Positions 47,464 to 53,440 of a stretch of 53,440 nt of DNA are shown here, piece by piece. Each line of letters starts with the position of its first letter. The first letter of the stretch is position 1. Where the stretch lies: IMG/VR virus record IMGVR_UViG_3300030116_007267, positions 1-53,440 of that record; one strand, 5' to 3'. The DNA comes from a virus. Lineage: Duplodnaviria; Caudoviricetes. The position numbers and the translations under genes were made by a program. Below the pieces are notes generated by a model, which made no database searches, was not told where the DNA came from, and saw nothing but the letters and a program-made list of their open reading frames with translations.

Positions 47464-50400
47464 CTAAAACTCTTCGTATTCAACAAGAATGGCGACCTTA
47501 TTATCCGGCGTTCCGATTAAAAGCCTTGCGGTACCTGTACCTGTAGTTACACCAATACTGGAATAATCAGTGCCCAATGCCTTAACTTCCCAATCATCTG
47601 GCGTAATAAACGTTAAATAATCAACGTAAGTACGATTACCTGTAGGTAGTTGACCTAAACCACGTTGATGCGGACCAATGTCTCGACGATTGTTAGACTT
47701 AGTTGCCAAGAAACTTACATTAGATGTGTCGGTATTATTTAAATACGGACCCAACACATTATCGATTCCAGGCATGTCCGCTTCAGAAGGGCCTTTATCA
47801 TAGAGTTGGCCTGTATCTTTAGGATACATTGCCGCTGAAGTACCTACGTCCGCATTTCCGTATGTACCAATTAACGGCGATTTAACACTTACATCAGTTG
47901 AATCCCAAGTCTCTTCTAGATCATTTGCAGGAACTGTTATTTGTACGCCATTTTGATCAATACCATATGCGGTATACATCGATGCAATACTAGTTTGACC
48001 AACTAATCTTTTACCTGATCCAGAATCTTGATTCCAATAAGCATTACGATCCCACAACAAATAATCTACTAACACAGGACTACTTGTTGTGCCGCTCGTT
48101 GGGCCAGTAGCAATATCATCATATTGTGTTGAATAATAGCCAGATGATTCAGTTAACCAAATATTGGATGTGAAAAATTCACTACCATTGGCATTCATTT
48201 CATCTAATCTTCTATTCTCATATTGATTGCAAACGATGTTGCCAAGAATATTGATAGAAGCTCCTGCATCTTTCCATTTCCAAGGACTATCAGGAGCACC
48301 TACTAATGGAAATCCTGTATGTTGATTTCCAAAATGCCAAACAGGAATAGAGCCTGTTTCCCCTTGAGCAGATACGCATCTGTAACCAGTAAACGATGCA
48401 CGTCTACCTTGATTAATGATTACGCTTGCATTTTCAATCGGTGCTTGTGTTGTGAAATACTCAACTTCTGGATATCGATCAGCAGCAATGGTCGATATAT
48501 CCATTTTTGTTTTATTGCCATATGATTTTTGGCACCACCACACATACCATTTATCCGAATACGCTACATATCGACCATTTGCACCAGGATCACTTGTAAT
48601 ATCAATCGCTGATCCACCCTGACTAGCGGATACTTGGAATGTATTTGTAGTCGCATTAACAATGTAATAAACATTGTTGGATGTTGGTGGTTTTACAGGG
48701 GTACCACTCGTTCCTGTGTTAAAAGTTTCTTCCGATAAACCACTTGGAACACCAGCACCACTTACCGATTGAAATGTAACAGTATCATCATCGATATAAC
48801 CGTGATTAGTGGCTGTAAACGTATCTGTTCCAGTATCTACGGTGTATGCTTGCATTCTTCGTTGGCGAAGTTGCATACCAATTGAAAAATCACTGTAATG
48901 ATTACCACTGGTTGATAGGTATTCCCAACTCTGATGACCATCAACTACACCTAAATCAGTGAGAGACCATTCACCATTTTCTCGCCATTGGCCTGTAAAA
49001 TGATGTTTTTCACAATCACCAACATTACCTAATAGATTTGTATTTCCCCAAGAGGCTCCATGCCTCGTAATGTTGGCATACAGCATGTGACCACCATCAC
49101 TATGGTCGCACTCAATCCAATCATCGAAACACGCATACCAAGAATTGTGATGCACCTCATTATGCAATACAACGTTACCGCCATCCGAACCGCTGTAATG
49201 AGAAAATGAAGAATCATATGTATTCTTCAAATCATTGAATCCAAAAACCATGGCCGTTGTTCGAGCATCAAATGCTTCATTAGGCAACCATCCACCAACT
49301 TCAGGAAATGTTGTTGTGCCTCTACGTCCTGATGTATCCATATCAGGATACGATCCGAGATGGATTTTATTGTCTTCAATGGTTATGTACTTATGATCTT
49401 GTCCATCACTTCCACCAAGAAAGTATCCACCATGACCGTCCCACCAATCACCGTTAGCTTCTGCTACAAAAGGATCGGTAGGCAAATCATCTGGAAATTC
49501 CAATGAACAATTGAAAAAGCCTAAGCCATAATTATCACCCGTAGCTTCAATTGCATATGTATTGGGTGATGAAAAATTGCCGCTGTAATTGTTAAATCGA
49601 ACAGAATCGTAATACACCCAGCTTGATGAATTACTATGCGTTACTTGTGGCAAAATACAGCCATGAGTATCACCACCATTAGCACCATCTTCTGCAACAA
49701 CATGGATTGGATTTAACTCAGTGCCTACTATTGAAATGGAAGTTAACTCATTAGTTCCACCATAATCTGCAAAATTACCTGTAGGTATTACAATAGTGTC
49801 GCCCGCACTTGCTTTAGTACCGCCAGCACCACTACAACCTAACAAAACTCTAATTTCATCTGTGCTTGTAGGATAATGTGTCGTGCCATTATCAGGATAT
49901 CGTGGTCTTGGTCGTGTTCTAAAAGTTGATTCAATAGTAACTCCACTAGTGCCTTGTAGAGTGCCACCTAAATAAACACCATGTGGGTTGCTTAACGTCA
50001 ATTGAATTTCATATTCCGTATTTGGGCACAATCTAAAAATTGCTCCCGAAATATGATATTGATACAGTTCATATAATTGAGCAGCACGACCTGCACGAGC
50101 ATTCGCAGCACGTTTCCACTCAGTTGTGCCTTTACGTCTAAAACGAACCTCTGCCAAAGTATCTTGATCATAATCGCCACGAATGTGAACGATAAAGCTA
50201 CAAGTCGTGTATGTGACGTTGCCCGTCCACTGTTCTAGATAAACCGGCAATCCCCAAGGCGTAGCTAACCATCGACCATTAGCATCACCAGCATCTGAAA
50301 AATCAAAAGCACCACTAGTTGTAGTTCTTCTAACTTGAAATGTTTCTGCTGATCCAGTAGAGGTTGTGTAGTATCGAGTGTCAGCAGTTAATGCATTACC

Positions 50401-50979
50401 GCTTTGAGTAGCTGTTGGTAATGTACCACTGTTTTTTGTGACAAATTTAATTCTTTCAAGCGAATGCGTAGTAGTTGATTTTTCAATATCACTTGGAAAA
50501 TTTAATAACGTAATGTAATCAGTATCTGTATCTACTGTGTATTGATACTCAAAGAAGAAATCATTTCCTGGTCCACCAGACCACTGAACGTCTACAAATC
50601 CCCAAGGTGCCGTTCGATCTTCTTGATTATGTGTTGAAATTGGATATTGCTCTGCTTCTGTTACAGAACTATTCCAAGATTTTCTATGCGTTTGATCCCA
50701 CAAAGAATGCACAAATTGAAACATCTTATTTAAGATGTCCAATGAAAAATCGTTTTCGTGTACACCACCTCGTATACGTAAAACGCCATTATCATCAACA
50801 CGCGAACCATTTAGTAAAACATTACTACCTTGTGTAGTAACTTTTGCACCTAAACCATCTCTCCATTCTTTCTTAGAGATGATTTCTGTTTCGCCAGCGG
50901 CTGTAATAATTTCCTCATAACGATCCCATTTTGGAAACGTATATTGAGTAGCCAAACGTCCTGGTACAGTTACCGCCAT
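47464..50979 (-). CDS. Large appendage/tailspike-like protein: FN3 plus beta-helix with two inserted repeat modules
   Basis: L.PNTEYEI.L FN3 motif, AGDTI.I..G, Asn ladders, DIG.H cap. Confidence 0.65.
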   Translation of the reverse strand: MAVTVPGRLATQYTFPKWDRYEEIITAAGETEIISKKEWRDGLGAKVTTQGSNVLLNGSRVDDNGVLRIRGGVHENDFSLDILNKMFQFVHSLWDQTHRKSWNSSVTEAEQYPISTHNQEDRTAPWGFVDVQWSGGPGNDFFFEYQYTVDTDTDYITLLNFPSDIEKSTTTHSLERIKFVTKNSGTLPTATQSGNALTADTRYYTTSTGSAETFQVRRTTTSGAFDFSDAGDANGRWLATPWGLPVYLEQWTGNVTYTTCSFIVHIRGDYDQDTLAEVRFRRKGTTEWKRAANARAGRAAQLYELYQYHISGAIFRLCPNTEYEIQLTLSNPHGVYLGGTLQGTSGVTIESTFRTRPRPRYPDNGTTHYPTSTDEIRVLLGCSGAGGTKASAGDTIVIPTGNFADYGGTNELTSISIVGTELNPIHVVAEDGANGGDTHGCILPQVTHSNSSSWVYYDSVRFNNYSGNFSSPNTYAIEATGDNYGLGFFNCSLEFPDDLPTDPFVAEANGDWWDGHGGYFLGGSDGQDHKYITIEDNKIHLGSYPDMDTSGRRGTTTFPEVGGWLPNEAFDARTTAMVFGFNDLKNTYDSSFSHYSGSDGGNVVLHNEVHHNSWYACFDDWIECDHSDGGHMLYANITRHGASWGNTNLLGNVGDCEKHHFTGQWRENGEWSLTDLGVVDGHQSWEYLSTSGNHYSDFSIGMQLRQRRMQAYTVDTGTDTFTATNHGYIDDDTVTFQSVSGAGVPSGLSEETFNTGTSGTPVKPPTSNNVYYIVNATTNTFQVSASQGGSAIDITSDPGANGRYVAYSDKWYVWWCQKSYGNKTKMDISTIAADRYPEVEYFTTQAPIENASVIINQGRRASFTGYRCVSAQGETGSIPVWHFGNQHTGFPLVGAPDSPWKWKDAGASINILGNIVCNQYENRRLDEMNANGSEFFTSNIWLTESSGYYSTQYDDIATGPTSGTTSSPVLVDYLLWDRNAYWNQDSGSGKRLVGQTSIASMYTAYGIDQNGVQITVPANDLEETWDSTDVSVKSPLIGTYGNADVGTSAAMYPKDTGQLYDKGPSEADMPGIDNVLGPYLNNTDTSNVSFLATKSNNRRDIGPHQRGLGQLPTGNRTYVDYLTFITPDDWEVKALGTDYSSIGVTTGTGTARLLIGTPDNKVAILVEYEEF

Positions 50980-50982
50980 AAA

Positions 50983-51777
50983 TTAAACCTTTACTACTAA
51001 TCCAGACGGATCAACAACAACATTTGAATATCTACGCAATATCTTCTTAGGATCTGGTTCAACGTACGCTAAAAGATTACCCCCATATTGCGCGTCATAT
51101 ACACCAAATTGCGCTAATGTCGAATCATGATTGTCATTGAAATACAAATCAGAACCAATTGCTGAAAGTTGAGCAAAATTTCCACTAAACGTTACGTTTG
51201 TATCCCAAGTAATTTCTACACGCTGATAAACCGGACCACTCCATTCTCCAGCAGTTTGTGATCTTTGATCATGTATTCCTAAATACCATTTAGTAGGAAT
51301 AGGTATAGTCGTTGCTGGAGAAACAAATAATTTATTTAACGTATGGTTTGCTACGTAATCACTAATAGCACCCGTTCCAGGTGCCGTATAATCTTCAAAC
51401 ATCAAACCCAATGTATTAATGCCAAAACGCACATCTCTACCTGCAATAGTCATTGCAGCTACATCGACTTCACCAAACGCTAAAATCTCACCGTGTAATG
51501 TCGCATCACAAATTCCAAAATGCGACATCCATTCATTACCATAAGTTGGAGTTAGTAGTACAACATCATTATTTAGTACATAACGATCAGTTGCAGAGCC
51601 GAATTGAACAACGTTTCTTCCTAGATCCCAACATTGATTATCTTGATAATTAGTTACTAAATCGGTATCGCTCGCAAATCCCGCAACCGTTACAAAGTTA
51701 TTAGCAGGCGCATACGCATCATTTTTAAACCATTGGCGTAGTACTTTTTCTTTAGCGTAATTAGACAACCCTGCCAT
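50983..51777 (-). CDS. Virion structural protein with a duplicated domain
   Basis: Two copies of S.Y....L...F ... FG..DA...G..LA. Confidence 0.6.
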   Translation of the reverse strand: MAGLSNYAKEKVLRQWFKNDAYAPANNFVTVAGFASDTDLVTNYQDNQCWDLGRNVVQFGSATDRYVLNNDVVLLTPTYGNEWMSHFGICDATLHGEILAFGEVDVAAMTIAGRDVRFGINTLGLMFEDYTAPGTGAISDYVANHTLNKLFVSPATTIPIPTKWYLGIHDQRSQTAGEWSGPVYQRVEITWDTNVTFSGNFAQLSAIGSDLYFNDNHDSTLAQFGVYDAQYGGNLLAYVEPDPKKILRRYSNVVVDPSGLVVKV

Positions 51778-51779
51778 TT

Positions 51780-53440
51780 CTACATCCTTAAATATGTTCC
51801 TGGTTGCCGTCTAAAAATAGGCAATGGCGTTAGTCTGTGCTGGCTAGATGACGTTGATGAGCTTGATGACGACAACGACGAACTAGACGATGAGCTGCTT
51901 AACGACGAACTAGAACTTACTGAAGAACTAGACGACGAAGAATCTCCAGAAGAAAAAGAAAGAGAGCTAGATGATGAGCTACTTGAATTAGATGAACTGG
52001 AGTCTACTAAACTTGATGAACTTGCAGAACTTGCTGAAATTGAACTAGAAGATGAACTACTAGATGAAGAACTAGTCGATATTGAACTAGAACTTTCAGA
52101 AGAAGTACTTATAGAACTAGAAGATAAAGATGAACTAACTGAAGAACTTGTTGATGTGCTAGATGGCGAACTAGACGATGAACTACTTAACGACGATTCT
52201 GAACTAGAACTAGAAGAGCTAGAATCAACTACACTAGAAGACGATGATGACGTACTAGATGTTGAAATTGAAGAACTAGAGGAACTAGAGCTAGACGATG
52301 CTGAACTAGAAGACGAGGTACTAGAAGCTGATGATGAATCTGAGGAACTTGAAGTAGACGATGCACTGCTAGGCGACGAACTACTTGATGATGAAGTACT
52401 AGATAATGAACTAGATGACGAAGTACTTGATGAAGAACTAGAAGATGAACTACTAGTAGATGAAGAAGAACTTGATTCATCTGATTGCGAACTACTGGAA
52501 GTTGATATTGAAGACGATGAAGACGACTCTGAGCTAGAGGACGACGTACTTGAGACTGACGACGAACTACTCGATGAATGACTTGAGACTGACGACGAAC
52601 TACTCGATGAATGACTTGAACTAGATGATGTGCTTGATGCTGAACTACTGGATGACGTACTTGATACAGACGACGAACTACTAGATGAATGACTTGAACT
52701 AGACGAATTTGAACTAGATGAATGACTTGAACTAGATGACGTACTTGATACAGACGACGAACTACTAGATGAATGACTTGAACTAGATGAGTTTGACGAT
52801 GAACTACTGGACGAATGACTTGAACTAGATGAGTTTGACGACGAACTACTAGATGAATGACTTGAACTAGATGAGTTTGAACTACTTGAAGAATTACTTG
52901 AACTAGATGATGACGATTCATCATCAGCAGCTTCTATTTGAAAAACAAAGCCATAATATTGCTGCCCCGCACCGCCACCAGCCACTGTGGCGTAGTCTAA
53001 TACAGTGCCTGTAGCGCTGAAACTATCAAAGTCGGCCTGCGCAAGCAACGTATCGTCAAAAGAATTATTTACAGTTGTATCAGTAAATAGCCTTAACGCT
53101 TGAGTTGTACCACTTGATCTATAAGTAACATTGACACTTGCTGAAGAATTGTTTCTGTCTACCTGCGTTTGGTTATAAAAGGTTTGACTACCATCAGTAA
53201 TCACATTACCGATGACTTCAGCAACACTTGAGTCGGTAACGCTAATATTTGAGCTGCTTGTGTGACGGCCAAAAACTCCCATCATAAACTGGGGAGTCCA
53301 CGTCGTTGTGATCGTGTCAGTCCCAGTCGATGTCGGTGTACCATAAGACGTTGTTAATTTTGCGTTTACCGTCGAGCCGATGGTCATCGCTAGATAACCG
53401 ATATCATCACTGCCAGCGTTATGATCTCTTTCAGTAAGAG
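51780..53440 (-). CDS. Partial virion-region protein with a serine tract of about 360 aa (N-terminus outside the window)
   Basis: Frame stays open upstream of Met 53387 to the window edge (LTERDHNAGSDDIGYLA). Confidence 0.75.
   Translation of the reverse strand, partial: LTERDHNAGSDDIGYLAMTIGSTVNAKLTTSYGTPTSTGTDTITTTWTPQFMMGVFGRHTSSSNISVTDSSVAEVIGNVITDGSQTFYNQTQVDRNNSSASVNVTYRSSGTTQALRLFTDTTVNNSFDDTLLAQADFDSFSATGTVLDYATVAGGGAGQQYYGFVFQIEAADDESSSSSSSNSSSSSNSSSSSHSSSSSSSNSSSSSHSSSSSSSNSSSSSHSSSSSSSVSSTSSSSSHSSSSNSSSSSHSSSSSSSVSSTSSSSSASSTSSSSSHSSSSSSSVSSHSSSSSSSVSSTSSSSSESSSSSSISTSSSSQSDESSSSSSTSSSSSSSSSSTSSSSSLSSTSSSSSSSPSSASSTSSSSDSSSASSTSSSSSASSSSSSSSSSISTSSTSSSSSSVVDSSSSSSSSESSLSSSSSSSPSSTSTSSSVSSSLSSSSISTSSESSSSISTSSSSSSSSSSSISASSASSSSLVDSSSSNSSSSSSSSLSFSSGDSSSSSSSVSSSSSLSSSSSSSSLSSSSSSTSSSQHRLTPLPIFRRQPGTYLRM
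52548..52880. repeat. In-frame tandem repeats inside the serine tract
   Basis: Perfect 33-bp duplication 52548..52613; about three 42-bp units (NSSSSSHSSSSSSS) at about 52760..52880. Confidence 0.8.

Larger units (their letters stand above)
1..53440 (-). mobile_element. Tailed bacteriophage genome segment (siphovirus-like, HK97 fold); no integrase, att site or host flank seen
   Basis: Portal, prohead protease, capsid, tail tube, G/GT chaperones, tape measure and phage replication genes, all co-oriented and densely packed. Confidence 0.95.

Noticed and set aside
51840-52920. GAACTAGA/GACGACGA-type repeats resembling a CRISPR array or satellite
   Set aside because: No constant repeat with unique spacers and no cas genes; the repeats are in-frame coding sequence
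52229-52924. 231-aa same-strand alternative-frame ORF with HLVQV repeats
   Set aside because: By-product of the serine codon repeats; no initiation signal
1-53440. tRNA genes, integrase, introns/inteins, diversity-generating retroelement, alternative genetic code
   Set aside because: None recognisable by eye; intergenic gaps are short and standard-code ORFs tile the window with all three stop codons in use

Overview
The window is a 53-kb piece of a tailed dsDNA phage genome (HK97-type capsid, long non-contractile tail type) with essentially every gene on the minus strand; genes run off both edges. In the direction of transcription (right to left) it holds: (1) accessory virion/appendage genes, several with very long serine tracts; (2) head-tail adaptor, a stand-alone ClpP, an HTH-metallophosphoesterase and head closure; (3) portal, gpF-like minor head protein, prohead protease and major capsid; (4) tail genes, with a -1 frameshift chaperone pair and a short tape measure protein; (5) a translationally coupled 10-gene glycan-building cluster (Maf/CstII-like transferase, cupin, three GT-A glycosyltransferases, three methyltransferases, sulfotransferase, KdsB-like cytidylyltransferase); (6) a replication/recombination operon under its own sigma70-like promoter (SNF2, DnaB, beta clamp, split UDG-exo/PolA, DnaX, UvsY, gp32, dNMP kinase, RecA, CsrA, RuvC, half-Rad50); (7) the start of a small early-gene array. 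The main candidate for an undescribed system is a virion O-glycosylation apparatus: five virion-region proteins carry about 75-360 aa serine tracts with shared motifs, capsid and tail tube both end in Ser, and the late operon encodes a CMP-sugar activating/transferring pair plus glycan methylation and sulfation enzymes. All calls come from motif recognition by eye; no database searches were run.
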